The notes beneath the pieces are model-generated. The model saw only the letters and a list, made by a program, of their open reading frames with translations. It was not told the DNA's origin and did no database searches. Of a stretch of 35,967 nucleotides of DNA, positions 24,455 through 34,288 are shown in pieces (position 1 is the first letter of the stretch; each line of letters starts with the position of its first letter). This stretch comes from Candidatus Gastranaerophilales bacterium (GTDB lineage: Bacteria; Cyanobacteriota; Vampirovibrionia; Gastranaerophilales; Gastranaerophilaceae), in NCBI GenBank assembly GCA_905235825.1, contig CAJONH010000040.1, positions 1-35,967 of the forward strand, read 5' to 3'. The position numbers and the translations under genes are program-made.

Positions 24455-25941
24455 TATACCAAAATCTTTGAAGGAATACTATAATCAAATTGTACAGCTT
24501 CTTCCATCTTGAAGGCAGCATTAAATAATTTTGATTCTTGTAAGCAGTCGGCTTGAAGTTGAATACCAATCGGCATGCCCGATTTATCAAGACCAACAGG
24601 TAAACTCATAGCCGGAATACCTGCTAAATTTGCCGTAATAGTTGCAATATCGGTTAAATACATGCTTAACGGATCATCAATTTTTGAGCCTAAATCAAAA
24701 GCTGTATAAGGACATGTCGGCGATAATAAGACATCCGCCTTTTTAAATGCATTGTCAAAATCGTTCTTAATAAGTCTTCTGACCTGTTGAGCTTTTTTAT
24801 AGTATGCATCATAATAACCTGAACTTAAAGCATAAGTTCCAAGCATTATTCTTCTTTTAACTTCATCACCAAAACCTTGAGCTCTTGTTTTCACATACAT
24901 ATCATAAAGATTTTCTGCATCTTTTGCTCTGAAACCGTATTTTACACCGTCAAACCTTGCCAAATTTGAACTTGCTTCTGCCGTAGCAACGATGTAATAA
25001 ACACTTACCGCATATTTTATAAGCGGTAATGATATTTCAATAACTTCCGCACCAAGCTCTTTATAAGTTTTTATTGCATTTTGAACGGCATCTGAAACTT
25101 CATCCTGCAAGCCGTTTGTGCATAATTCTTTAATATATCCTATTTTTATTCCTTTTAAGTCGTTTCTTAAATTTTTTGTATAGTCATCAACGGGTGCAGG
25201 CAGAGAAGTCGAATCTTTTTCATCATGCCCTGCTATTGCTTGCAGCAATAATGCCATGTCTTCAACATTTCTTGCTATTGGACCTATTTGGTCTAAAGAT
25301 GAAGCAAAAGCTATTAAACCGTACCTTGATACCCTTCCGTATGTAGGTTTTAAACCTACCAACCCGCAAAAACTTGCAGGAAGTCTTACGCTTCCGCCTG
25401 TTTCACTTCCGAGAGAAATTGTTGCTTCGCCTGCTGCAACAGCTGCAGCACTTCCGCCTGAACTTCCGCCGGGTACCTTATTTAAATTCCAAGGATTTCT
25501 GGTTATTTTTGTTGCCGAATTTTCGGTGCTTGAACCCATTGCAAATTCATCCATGTTTGCTTTACCGATTATCGGTATTAAATTTTCTTTTAATTTTTTA
25601 GATACTGTTGCATCATAAGGGGAAACAAAATTAGACAAAATTTTGCTTGATGCGGTAGTTAAAGAATTTTTCAGATTAATATTATCTTTCAATGCAAGAG
25701 GAATACCGGCTAATGGAGGTAATTCTTCGCCGTTTTTTATTTTTTCGTCGACCTTTTTTGCAGTATCCAATGCAAATTCTTGTGTTAAAGAATTATATGC
25801 ACCTATTTTTTCATCACGTTCTTCTATGTTTTTATATATGGCTTGCGTTAATTCAACTGCACTTACTTCTTTGTTTAATAATGCTTTTCTTTGTTCCGAT
25901 GCCGATTTTGCCGTTAATTCAATAATATTCAATTCTACCAC
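24454..25941 (-). CDS. gatA: Asp-tRNA(Asn)/Glu-tRNA(Gln) amidotransferase subunit A
   Basis: Amidase signature GGSSGGSAAAVAAGEATISLGSETGGSVRLPASFCGLVGLKPTYGRVSRYG. The length (495 aa) and N-terminus are typical of GatA. Confidence 0.9.
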   Translation of the reverse strand: MVELNIIELTAKSASEQRKALLNKEVSAVELTQAIYKNIEERDEKIGAYNSLTQEFALDTAKKVDEKIKNGEELPPLAGIPLALKDNINLKNSLTTASSKILSNFVSPYDATVSKKLKENLIPIIGKANMDEFAMGSSTENSATKITRNPWNLNKVPGGSSGGSAAAVAAGEATISLGSETGGSVRLPASFCGLVGLKPTYGRVSRYGLIAFASSLDQIGPIARNVEDMALLLQAIAGHDEKDSTSLPAPVDDYTKNLRNDLKGIKIGYIKELCTNGLQDEVSDAVQNAIKTYKELGAEVIEISLPLIKYAVSVYYIVATAEASSNLARFDGVKYGFRAKDAENLYDMYVKTRAQGFGDEVKRRIMLGTYALSSGYYDAYYKKAQQVRRLIKNDFDNAFKKADVLLSPTCPYTAFDLGSKIDDPLSMYLTDIATITANLAGIPAMSLPVGLDKSGMPIGIQLQADCLQESKLFNAAFKMEEAVQFDYSIPSKILV

Positions 25942-26029
25942 CTCTCATGCCGCTTTATATATATTATATATTATAAAATATTTTATTCCATATAAATTAT
26001 AATATGCAAAAGAGCATTTTAGTACTATG

Positions 26030-28414
26030 TTACAAAGAATGATTAATTATTCTGTTATAAAATTTAACATCAGGTGATTTTATATTAATATCCGATATTA
26101 TTTTTATTTCCTCTAATTTGTTATTTAAAAGCCATGAAGGAAAATTATCCAATGGAATAAGTATTTTTCCTGATTTTGATTTACATTTAATTTTTGACTG
26201 TGAACCGTTTATTGAAATAGTAAAGTCTGACGGAGATTTTTTTTCATTTGTATTAAAAAATAATAAATCTGTATTTTCAATTTTTTGAGGTTCTGTAAAT
26301 CTGATTTTAATTTCGTTTCCGAATATTTCAACTGAATAATTTGTTATTATTTCTGTTACAGGTAATGTTTTTAATGAAGCTGCCCATGCTTCGGGTAAAA
26401 ATTTAAGATTTTTTGCACCGAAATAATAATCTAAATCTTTTAATTGTTCATTTGTAAATATTGATTTATTATTTGTTTTAACCAAAAAAACATTATTCCC
26501 CGATTTTTCGTATTTATATTTTTGTTTTAGGAAAATCCATCGGTATAGTCCGTTTATGCGAAGTGAAGGAAATACATTATCATGAAGAATGTTATTTGAA
26601 TATACGAGTATAATATCGGGTATTTTGTTTCGCAGCCGCTCAACGGTATCAACGGATTGTTTAGAAGATACAATATTATAAAAAGATGTGTATTGTATTG
26701 GTATTTCCTTATTTAAATATAAATAGTGCATACCTCTGTTTGTTAAATCCAAGAATATTGTATTTTCGCCTTTTTCTTCTATATAATTTTTTATTTCAGT
26801 TAAGCGTTTTTCTTCAGCAATATCTATATTTATATTTCCGACATTATATAATTGAGTATTATTTTTTATATCAGATTTTTCCATTTTCTTTATTTTATCC
26901 GGCAGTTTATAAAATAGAGAAAATGGCATCATTATGCAAAGTATTAATATTAATATTTTTTCTGCCTTTAATTTTTGTTTTATATCGGCATATTTATAAA
27001 ACCAATACGGCATAATTGTACATAAAAAAGTAAATGAAATATATTCCATACGTAAAAAATGCCCGTTATCCAATCTTCCCATGGTATATGGCAGAGATAC
27101 AAAAACAAAAAGCAGAGAAAATACGGTGAAAAAAACACTGCTTATATCTTTTGATTTATTTTTAAATTGTTTTATTGCCTCCAATATAACAATAGGTGTA
27201 AAAAAGAGAGCAAACATTTTATAACACCATTCAAATGCTGTTTGAGAAGGCATTTTACTTTCTATATACTTAAAGTCATTTCCAAATGATGCTAAATTTC
27301 CTTCTATATAATATTTCGCAATATTTAAATATTCAAAAAAACTGTTTCTGAATATTATTGAAAGCATTAAAATAAATATTCCCGCTGACCAAAAATTAAG
27401 TTTTTTATTTGGAAGTTTTATACATATATAAATGAATGCGGGTAATGATGCTATAATCCAAAAACTTCCGATTGTTGTCCAATAACTTGCAAACCCGATT
27501 GAAAAGATAATATAAAACCAAAACCAAAATACGGGCTTTTTTATCATTTTTTCTTGTATTAATGAAATATAAACGCAAACAGCCATTGTACCGGCCGATG
27601 GAACTTTTAACAAAAAAAGGGGGATTGTATATAAAATATTGTTATTAAATATTAATAAGGTTAAAAGAGTTGTAATTATAAAAATCAAATTTCTGTGAAG
27701 AGCTTCGCCCAAACAATACCCGTATATATTGTTCCCGTTAAAGAAAAAATTGCCGAGCCATGCCGATGTTACATCGCATCTTCCGTGTACAAGCATTATA
27801 TCTTTGTAATATTCAAGATTAAAATTATTATGCATTAAATATGCACAGAATTTTTCACCGAAATGATGATCGTCAACAGGGGCAGTTCCCGTTGTATATG
27901 ATGTGAAAAATAATATGAAAAATAATGCACATATCGAAAACGGAGAAAATCCCTTATCATTTTTATTATTTATATATATGCTTATAATGGAAAGAATTAT
28001 TAACAGAACAGTCAAAACAATTATTTTAGGATATATTTCTCCGTTAAAAGGATGTAAAAATATATAACCGAATACAATTAAGTATTGCAGTTTTTTTAGC
28101 TTTGGTAAAAAACTTTTTATTTTTTCAACTGCTTCATTATTCTGTTGTTTTTCTTTGTTTGAGTTGAAAAATTTATTTGTAACAGTAGAAATTAACGGTA
28201 AAATACAAAAAAATATAATCAGATAAATGAAATAAATATAAATATCCAAATATTTGTTGTGATTATTGTATATTGATACTCCGACAAAAAAATCTTTTAA
28301 AGAATGCCATTGCACATTATCATACAAAAAATTATATATAATGATTGTAAGAAAAAGACTTATTAATGTAGTTATAAATATATCCCAAAATCTGATTTTT
28401 AAACTGATTTTCAT
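26030..28414 (-). CDS. Large polytopic membrane protein (~15 TM) with a ~270-aa C-terminal soluble domain; function unknown (GT-C / polymerase-like architecture)
   Basis: Hydrophobic segments run through residues ~10-510 and are followed by a polar beta-rich C-terminal domain. I recognised no catalytic motif. Confidence 0.55.
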   Translation of the reverse strand: MKISLKIRFWDIFITTLISLFLTIIIYNFLYDNVQWHSLKDFFVGVSIYNNHNKYLDIYIYFIYLIIFFCILPLISTVTNKFFNSNKEKQQNNEAVEKIKSFLPKLKKLQYLIVFGYIFLHPFNGEIYPKIIVLTVLLIILSIISIYINNKNDKGFSPFSICALFFILFFTSYTTGTAPVDDHHFGEKFCAYLMHNNFNLEYYKDIMLVHGRCDVTSAWLGNFFFNGNNIYGYCLGEALHRNLIFIITTLLTLLIFNNNILYTIPLFLLKVPSAGTMAVCVYISLIQEKMIKKPVFWFWFYIIFSIGFASYWTTIGSFWIIASLPAFIYICIKLPNKKLNFWSAGIFILMLSIIFRNSFFEYLNIAKYYIEGNLASFGNDFKYIESKMPSQTAFEWCYKMFALFFTPIVILEAIKQFKNKSKDISSVFFTVFSLLFVFVSLPYTMGRLDNGHFLRMEYISFTFLCTIMPYWFYKYADIKQKLKAEKILILILCIMMPFSLFYKLPDKIKKMEKSDIKNNTQLYNVGNINIDIAEEKRLTEIKNYIEEKGENTIFLDLTNRGMHYLYLNKEIPIQYTSFYNIVSSKQSVDTVERLRNKIPDIILVYSNNILHDNVFPSLRINGLYRWIFLKQKYKYEKSGNNVFLVKTNNKSIFTNEQLKDLDYYFGAKNLKFLPEAWAASLKTLPVTEIITNYSVEIFGNEIKIRFTEPQKIENTDLLFFNTNEKKSPSDFTISINGSQSKIKCKSKSGKILIPLDNFPSWLLNNKLEEIKIISDINIKSPDVKFYNRIINHSL

Positions 28415-28432
28415 ATATACATTATATCAAAT

Positions 28433-28464
28433 AAAAAAATGACCGAACGAATAAAATTCGGTCA
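28433..28464 (-). terminator. Rho-independent terminator-like hairpin with no annotated gene upstream
   Basis: The minus strand reads TGACCGAA-TTTTATTCG-TTCGGTCA (8-bp stem, 28440-28447/28457-28464) followed by a T7 run. It lies ~25 nt upstream of the 794-aa gene's start. Confidence 0.45.
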
Positions 28465-28594
28465 AACAGTTTACGAGTGAGAGTGGAATATGTATAGTTT
28501 TATAATAAAGTTTTGAATTGCATACGTATATTAATCTGTTGTATAAACATAAGCCAATATTTATTTAGTCTTTTGTTTAATTGAAATTTTTTAT

Positions 28595-28628
28595 AAAAAA
28601 AAAAATAGGCTGTTTTTTAACAGCCTAT
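28595..28628 (-). terminator. Rho-independent terminator of the symporter gene
   Basis: The minus strand reads ATAGGCTGTT-AAAA-AACAGCCTAT (10-bp stem, 28605-28614/28619-28628) followed by a T10-11 run. It begins 20 nt after the stop at 28648. Confidence 0.6.
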
Positions 28629-28647
28629 TAAAATTTTTCAATTGTAT

Positions 28648-29979
28648 TTAAATAATTTCTTTGTATTGCTCTGTATTGTTTAACAGGTCATAATCGATTT
28701 CATTTTCGTTATCGGCAATAACTGCGGCAACAACGGCATCACTTGCTACGTTAACTGTTGTTCTGAGCATATCCGCAACACGCTCTATCGCAAATAAGAA
28801 GGCAAATCCTTCAATTAATTGAGCCGGTGTAAGACCAAAATTATTCAATACCAACGCAATTGTAATAAGTCCGCCTCCCGGTATACCTGCCGCCGTACTT
28901 GATGAAATAATAACCAATGCCATTATTAAAATTACTTCGGGTAAATCATAAGGAACACCATAAGCCTGCATTAAGAAAAGAACGCAGACAACCTGAAATA
29001 ATGCCGTGCCATCCATATTAAGCGTAGCACCAAGCGGAAGAACAAAACTGCAAACTTTATGGGATATTCCTCTTTTTTCACAGCACGCAATCGTTAACGG
29101 CAGTGTAGCACTGCTTGAAGCTGTACCAAAAGCAACCAATAATGCTTCTATAATTGCTATATAAAATGTTGTAACGGGTACTTTACTGAATATTCTGAGT
29201 ACTAAAGGATATACAATAAAGAATTGAATTAAAAATCCTACCAATATAACCCCTAAAAATTTTGAAATTGTATTAAATATACCAAGTCCGAACTGAGAAA
29301 CAGCAACCGTTGTTAATGAAAAAATACCGGGGGCTGCAAATACCATAATCCAGTCTGTAATTTTCATTGTTGCGGCAAAAACCGATTCAAAAAATGATAC
29401 AATCGGTCTGTTTATTTCTCCTACCTTAGACAGTGCAAGTGAGAAAATAAGTGCAAAGAATATAATAGGAATCATTTCCCCTCTGGCGAGTGATTCAAGC
29501 GGATTTTGCGGAATCATATTTAAAAATAAAGTCCCGACATGTCCTTGCTGTTCAGCTATCGCTGTTTGTACATGGTTTTGGATTTCCAAAGCTGCTGTTT
29601 GACTTATAAATCCTTGTATTCCTATTCCGGGTTTAATTGTTGATACGAGTAACGCACCTGTTAAAACAGCTGCAAGTGTTATTATTCCATAATAGATAAG
29701 CATTTTTTTCCCGAATTTGCCTATCTGTTTGCTGTCGCCGATACTTGAAATTCCGACAACAATTGCCGAACAAACAAGCGGAATAACAACCATTTGAATT
29801 AATCTTATAAATGCCTGTCCTATAAATTCAAGCAATTTCACGAATGTATTAAAAGAATTCGGATTTTCATGGATATAGTTGCCGAACAATATACCGGCGA
29901 TTATAGCAAGAAATATATGCCAATTTCGTTTAATACCCAAACCTATTGCAACAAACAAAGTCTGCACATGTAGTTTCAT
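28648..29979 (-). CDS. Dicarboxylate/amino acid:cation symporter (DAACS, GltP/SstT-like); start moved to MKLHVQT
   Basis: Family hallmarks are ~8 TM plus re-entrant loops, and TASSSATLP and GATLNMDGTALFQ motifs. The ATG at 29977-29979 is preceded by AGAGG. The upstream 39 codons of the tracked ORF are AT-rich and look like spurious read-through. Confidence 0.85.
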   Translation of the reverse strand: MKLHVQTLFVAIGLGIKRNWHIFLAIIAGILFGNYIHENPNSFNTFVKLLEFIGQAFIRLIQMVVIPLVCSAIVVGISSIGDSKQIGKFGKKMLIYYGIITLAAVLTGALLVSTIKPGIGIQGFISQTAALEIQNHVQTAIAEQQGHVGTLFLNMIPQNPLESLARGEMIPIIFFALIFSLALSKVGEINRPIVSFFESVFAATMKITDWIMVFAAPGIFSLTTVAVSQFGLGIFNTISKFLGVILVGFLIQFFIVYPLVLRIFSKVPVTTFYIAIIEALLVAFGTASSSATLPLTIACCEKRGISHKVCSFVLPLGATLNMDGTALFQVVCVLFLMQAYGVPYDLPEVILIMALVIISSSTAAGIPGGGLITIALVLNNFGLTPAQLIEGFAFLFAIERVADMLRTTVNVASDAVVAAVIADNENEIDYDLLNNTEQYKEII

Positions 29980-30141
29980 ATATACCTCTGATTTTATTAA
30001 TATAATTATAATAATTGTACACTTATCAGCATTATAATTCAATAAAAAAATAAATATGAGTATTTTTTTGAAACAGGTATTAAAAAAACTTAACATTTGT
30101 AATATAATGTTTAGTGTAAATTTTAACTAAGAGTTATATGC

Positions 30142-31533
30142 ATGGATACTAAGAACAAAAAATTTCATTTTATAGCAATTGGCGGAGTCGGAATGAGTGC
30201 ATTAGCAAAGTTTCTTTCCGAAAACGGAGCAATTGTTTCAGGAAGTGATATATCAGAGAGCAAGTATACTTCTCTGCTAAGAAAAATAGGTGTAAAAATA
30301 AATATTGGTCATAATGCCGATTTAATTTCAGATGATATGATTATTGTTGCAAGCAGTGCAATTAAAGATAATAATCCTGAAATAATCAGAGCAAAAGAGT
30401 TGGGACTTAAAGTTAATCATCGTTCCGATGTCTTAAAAATGATTTCCGATGAGTTTGCGAACAGTTCAAATTCGTTATTTATAGGATTTTCCGGAACACA
30501 CGGAAAAACAACAACTTCGGGACTTGCTTCTTATCTCCTTGAAAAAGCTGGATATCTTCCTTCTTATGTTGTCGGCGGTATAATACCCGAAATTAACACA
30601 AACGGCAAATGTGCGGGTAAAAATTATTTTTGTGCCGAATTGGATGAGTCTGACGGAACTATCACTAAATATTCAACTGATATTGCAGTTATAAACAATA
30701 TGGAAGAAGACCATTTGGATTATTATGTTAACGGTTTTTCCGATATTGCAAAAACATTTAACAAATATTTAAGCAACAAACCAAATCAAAAAGTTATTAT
30801 TAATTCTGATGATACCGGCAATAAAAATTTTATGAAACTTTACCCTTCATACAATTTTATAACCTTCGGATTTGATGATGCTCAATATTCTGTTAAAAAT
30901 GTTAAAACAGAGGGATTATCTTCCTCTTTTGATATTTTTAAAAATAACGAATTTCTTACCGATATCAAATTAACAATTCCGGGCAGACATAATATTTATA
31001 ACGCACTTGCAGTCAGTGCCGCATTAACCGAAGCCGGTGTTAATATTTCAGAATTAAAAGAGTATTTTACTTCATTTTCGGGAATGGGCAGACGTTTTCA
31101 GAAAGCGGGTGAATTCAATGGTATTAAGATATATGATGATTATGCTCATCATCCGGGCGAAATAAAAACAACACTTCGTGCTTTAAAAGAAGCCGTAAAT
31201 GATAATAACAGAGTTGTTGCAGTTTTTCAGCCGCATAGATATTCAAGATTAAAAGGATTATGGAACGAATTTAAAACTTCTTTTGATTATGCTGATTTAC
31301 TTATTGTTACGGATGTTTATTCTGCAGGAGAAGATGCAATTGAAAATATTAATTCTCAAAATTTTGTTTCACAGTTAAATCGAAATAATGCAGTCTATGT
31401 TTCAGGCAGTATTAAACAAGCATCTGATTTTATTTTACCGCTTTTAAAAAAAGATGATATTATAATTACACTGGGAGCAGGTTCAGTAACCGATATCGGT
31501 AAATATCTGCTTCAATCTGCGAGTGAAAAATGA
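30142..31533 (+). CDS. murC: UDP-N-acetylmuramate--L-alanine ligase
   Basis: HFIAIGGVGMSALA N-terminus, the GTHGKTTT P-loop and DDYAHHP motifs. 463 aa. ATGA overlap with murB. Confidence 0.9.
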   Translation: MDTKNKKFHFIAIGGVGMSALAKFLSENGAIVSGSDISESKYTSLLRKIGVKINIGHNADLISDDMIIVASSAIKDNNPEIIRAKELGLKVNHRSDVLKMISDEFANSSNSLFIGFSGTHGKTTTSGLASYLLEKAGYLPSYVVGGIIPEINTNGKCAGKNYFCAELDESDGTITKYSTDIAVINNMEEDHLDYYVNGFSDIAKTFNKYLSNKPNQKVIINSDDTGNKNFMKLYPSYNFITFGFDDAQYSVKNVKTEGLSSSFDIFKNNEFLTDIKLTIPGRHNIYNALAVSAALTEAGVNISELKEYFTSFSGMGRRFQKAGEFNGIKIYDDYAHHPGEIKTTLRALKEAVNDNNRVVAVFQPHRYSRLKGLWNEFKTSFDYADLLIVTDVYSAGEDAIENINSQNFVSQLNRNNAVYVSGSIKQASDFILPLLKKDDIIITLGAGSVTDIGKYLLQSASEK

Positions 31534-32432
31534 TGGAAATTTTTGAAAACTATGATGTAAAAAAACATACCACTTTTAAAATAGGAGGCAGAGTCAGAAA
31601 GGCTGCTTTTCCTTCTGATATAAAAGAATTGATTACGCTTTTGACAACTGATGAATATGATTATGTTCTGGGGAATTGTTCCAATGTTTTATTTTCATCT
31701 GAGGATATAAATAAAAGTATTATTTTTACTGAAAAAATAAACTCTTATTTTATAAACGGATGTAAAGTCCATGTTTCGTGCGGAACAAAAGGACCTGTTG
31801 TTTCTTCTGAGTGCCAAAAAAATTCACTTTCGGGATTTGAATTCTTAATAGGTTTCCCCGGCAGTTTCGGCGGTATGATTAGTATGAATTCATCAGCCCA
31901 TAATCAGTCTATTTCCGATTGTTTTATTTCTGCTGATGTTTATAGTCTGAAAGATAAAAATATTCTTCATCTGAAAAAAGATGAACTTGGTTTTAAATAC
32001 AGAACTTCAAATATTGCAAAGAAAAATTACATTGTTTTAAGTGCCGAGTTTGAACTGAAAAAAAGTCCGTCAGAACAAATAGATGAAATGATGCAGAGAA
32101 ATATAGATTTTAGAAAAACACATCAGCCTTCTTTAACATATCCTAATGCGGGAAGTATTTTTAAAAATCCCGAAAATGATTCAGCCGGAAGGCTTTTGGA
32201 TTTATGCGAGTTAAAAGGAGCAAAAGAAGGCGGTGCAGAAGTCTTTAAAAACCATGCTAATTTTATCATTAATACAGGTGAAGCATCTTCAATTGATGTA
32301 ATAAATTTGATGTATAAAATGTATTCTAAAGTACTTGAAAAATATACAATAAAATTAAATCCGGAAATAAAGTATATAGGTAATGAAGGAACAAACGAGT
32401 CAAAATTATGGAAAATAATGACAGAAAATTAA
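31530..32432 (+). CDS. murB: UDP-N-acetylenolpyruvoylglucosamine reductase
   Basis: HTTFKIGG, the FAD-binding domain, and the GSIFKNP and HANFIIN motifs. 300 aa. Confidence 0.9.
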   Translation: MMEIFENYDVKKHTTFKIGGRVRKAAFPSDIKELITLLTTDEYDYVLGNCSNVLFSSEDINKSIIFTEKINSYFINGCKVHVSCGTKGPVVSSECQKNSLSGFEFLIGFPGSFGGMISMNSSAHNQSISDCFISADVYSLKDKNILHLKKDELGFKYRTSNIAKKNYIVLSAEFELKKSPSEQIDEMMQRNIDFRKTHQPSLTYPNAGSIFKNPENDSAGRLLDLCELKGAKEGGAEVFKNHANFIINTGEASSIDVINLMYKMYSKVLEKYTIKLNPEIKYIGNEGTNESKLWKIMTEN

Positions 32433-33361
32433 ATATCGATGCAAGGATAGCGGTTCTTGCTCTTGGTCTATCAAGTGAACGGGAAGTTTCGATGCGTTCA
32501 GGAAAGAATGTTCTTGCCGCACTGAAAAGATTGGGCTACAAAAATGCCGAATTAATAGAAGTTGATGAACATATTGCGGAAAAACTTGCGAAAGGGAAAT
32601 ATGATGCGGCATATAACGCACTTCACGGTAAATATGGTGAAGATGGCTGCATTCAAGGAATTTTAGAAATGTTAAAAATTCCTTATACCGGCTCGGGTGT
32701 TATGGCAAGTGCAATTTGTATGAACAAGGAATATACAAAAAGAGTTTTATCAACTTGCAAGGATATTCCGCTTATTAAATCAGTTTTTGTGAAAAAAGGT
32801 GATGACGTAAAAAATGCTTGTAAAAACTTAAAATATCCTTTAATAACAAAACCTGTCAGTGAAGGTTCCAGCTTTGGAATGACAAAAGTAAATACGGAAG
32901 CTGAATTGGAATCGGCTTATAAGGAAGCGTTAAAATTTAATGATGATGTTCTTATTGAAGAATTTATAAACGGATTTTTTATAACTGTCGGTGTTTTGGA
33001 AAAAGACGGGAAATCTTTTGCAACCGAAATACTTGAAATAAGACCTAAGAATGAATGGTATGATTTTGAAGCAAAATATACAAAAGGAATGTCTGATTTC
33101 ATAGTTCCATCTGCTTCATTGTCAGATGCGGCAACTGAAAAAATAAAAAATCTCGCTGTTAAAGCACATGAAACAGCCGGATGCAGAGGTGTTTCAAGAG
33201 TAGATTTCATGGTCAAGAATGATAATCCGTATTTTCTTGAAATTAATACAAGTCCCGGAATGACGGATACAAGCGATTTACCTGCTCAATCAGCTGTAAT
33301 GGGTATAGATTATGATAATTTGGTATTATTAATATTAAATAGTGCGGGTTTAAATAAATAA
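32408..33361 (+). CDS. ddl: D-alanine--D-alanine ligase
   Basis: LSSEREVS...ALHGKYGEDGCIQGILE...KPVSEGSSFG...FLEINTSPGMT are classic Ddl ATP-grasp motifs. It overlaps murB by 25 nt. Confidence 0.9.
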   Translation: MENNDRKLNIDARIAVLALGLSSEREVSMRSGKNVLAALKRLGYKNAELIEVDEHIAEKLAKGKYDAAYNALHGKYGEDGCIQGILEMLKIPYTGSGVMASAICMNKEYTKRVLSTCKDIPLIKSVFVKKGDDVKNACKNLKYPLITKPVSEGSSFGMTKVNTEAELESAYKEALKFNDDVLIEEFINGFFITVGVLEKDGKSFATEILEIRPKNEWYDFEAKYTKGMSDFIVPSASLSDAATEKIKNLAVKAHETAGCRGVSRVDFMVKNDNPYFLEINTSPGMTDTSDLPAQSAVMGIDYDNLVLLILNSAGLNK

Positions 33362-34212
33362 TGACGGATGAGCAGCATTTAATAAAACGCCGAATAAAGC
33401 AAAATCAGCTTCGCAGAAAAGCACGCAGAGTTGAAATTATAGTAAGAAGATTATATAAAATTACAAGATTTTTACTTATTGTACTCTTGATTTATTTTGT
33501 ATACAGAGTTGCGAATGCTCACTACTGGTATTTGCCTAAAGATATTTTTATTACGGGAAAAAATGTCGAAATATCAGGTAATTCGATTGTTTCTGATAAA
33601 AAGATATTATCGGAAATAAGAAAAATTCATTTGGACAACGAGCCTTTATATAAAATTAACCCTGATGATATGGTTAAAGAATTGGAAATGCTTCCTCCCG
33701 TTCATAAGGCATATATCAGAAGATTTTGGCTTCCTGCAAGACTTGTAATAATGATACAGGAAGTTATTCCCGCAATAGTTATTTCACCTTCCGAGAATAC
33801 ACCCGAGGTTGCTGCTTATTCTTTTGACGGAGTTTTTATAAGCAGAGAATATCTTCCTCTGAACGATAAATCTCATGCCGTAAAAATATTAAGTTACGGT
33901 ACAAGTGAAGATGATTATGAAAAGTGGAATTTGAAAAAAATAATGAATTTGTACAGACTCGTAAAAGAAACAGAGCATTATTCGGGTGAAAAGGTTCAAT
34001 ATTTGGATTTAAGAATACCGAATAATGCATTTATTCAGCTTGAAACAGTTAAAATAAGACTTGGAATTTTGGACTTGACTGTATTTGAACGAATAAAAGA
34101 ACTTTCAAGTATGATGGTATCCGAAGATATTAAGCGTTTGGCAAGTGATACAAAATATATTGATTTATCTTGGAGTGATGTCAGATATATTAATGTTAAA
34201 GAGGAAGAATAG
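33361..34212 (+). CDS. ftsQ: Cell division protein FtsQ/DivIB-like (POTRA domain)
   Basis: Basic N-terminus, a single TM (ITRFLLIVLLIYFVY), then a POTRA-like region (ISGNSIVSDKKILSEI...). It sits in the conserved position after ddl, with a TAATG overlap. Confidence 0.7.
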   Translation: MTDEQHLIKRRIKQNQLRRKARRVEIIVRRLYKITRFLLIVLLIYFVYRVANAHYWYLPKDIFITGKNVEISGNSIVSDKKILSEIRKIHLDNEPLYKINPDDMVKELEMLPPVHKAYIRRFWLPARLVIMIQEVIPAIVISPSENTPEVAAYSFDGVFISREYLPLNDKSHAVKILSYGTSEDDYEKWNLKKIMNLYRLVKETEHYSGEKVQYLDLRIPNNAFIQLETVKIRLGILDLTVFERIKELSSMMVSEDIKRLASDTKYIDLSWSDVRYINVKEEE

Positions 34213-34250
34213 TCTGTTTTTAAAAATTAATCATTGTAATCCTAATTAAG

Positions 34251-34259
34251 TGCTATAAT
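34251..34259 (+). promoter_or_regulatory. Extended -10 promoter element (TGcTATAAT) upstream of adk
   Basis: TGCTATAAT at 34251-34259 lies 30 nt upstream of the adk ATG. The RBS AAGGGG is at 34276-34281. Confidence 0.4.
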
Positions 34260-34288
34260 GTAAATGCAAAGTAGAAAAGGGGATAAAC

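Noticed and set aside
24402-24596. 64-aa minus-strand ORF spanning the gatA / TPR-NHL junction
   Set aside because: It is an out-of-frame overlap with the gatA 3' end and the signal-peptide region of the downstream gene. Both of those frames carry real motifs.
25256-26002. Four plus-strand ORFs (75-120 aa) antisense to gatA. Similar antisense ORFs lie at 15557-15742, 16352-16546, 21775-21966, 22096-22464, 22567-22752, 23544-23729, 23974-24210, 26686-27015, 32406-32621, 32917-33216, 33836-34030 and 34711-35657.
   Set aside because: They lie antisense to well-supported genes (gatA, GT2-MT, ddl, ftsQ, adk, map and others) and have no independent support.
29980-30096. 39-codon N-terminal extension of the symporter ORF. 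Analogous extensions lie at 5511-5564 (CDP-alcohol transferase) and 10130-10153 (AsmA-like).
   Set aside because: The internal Met codons have better RBS context. They remove overlaps with upstream genes or promoters and begin at the expected first TM or family N-terminus.
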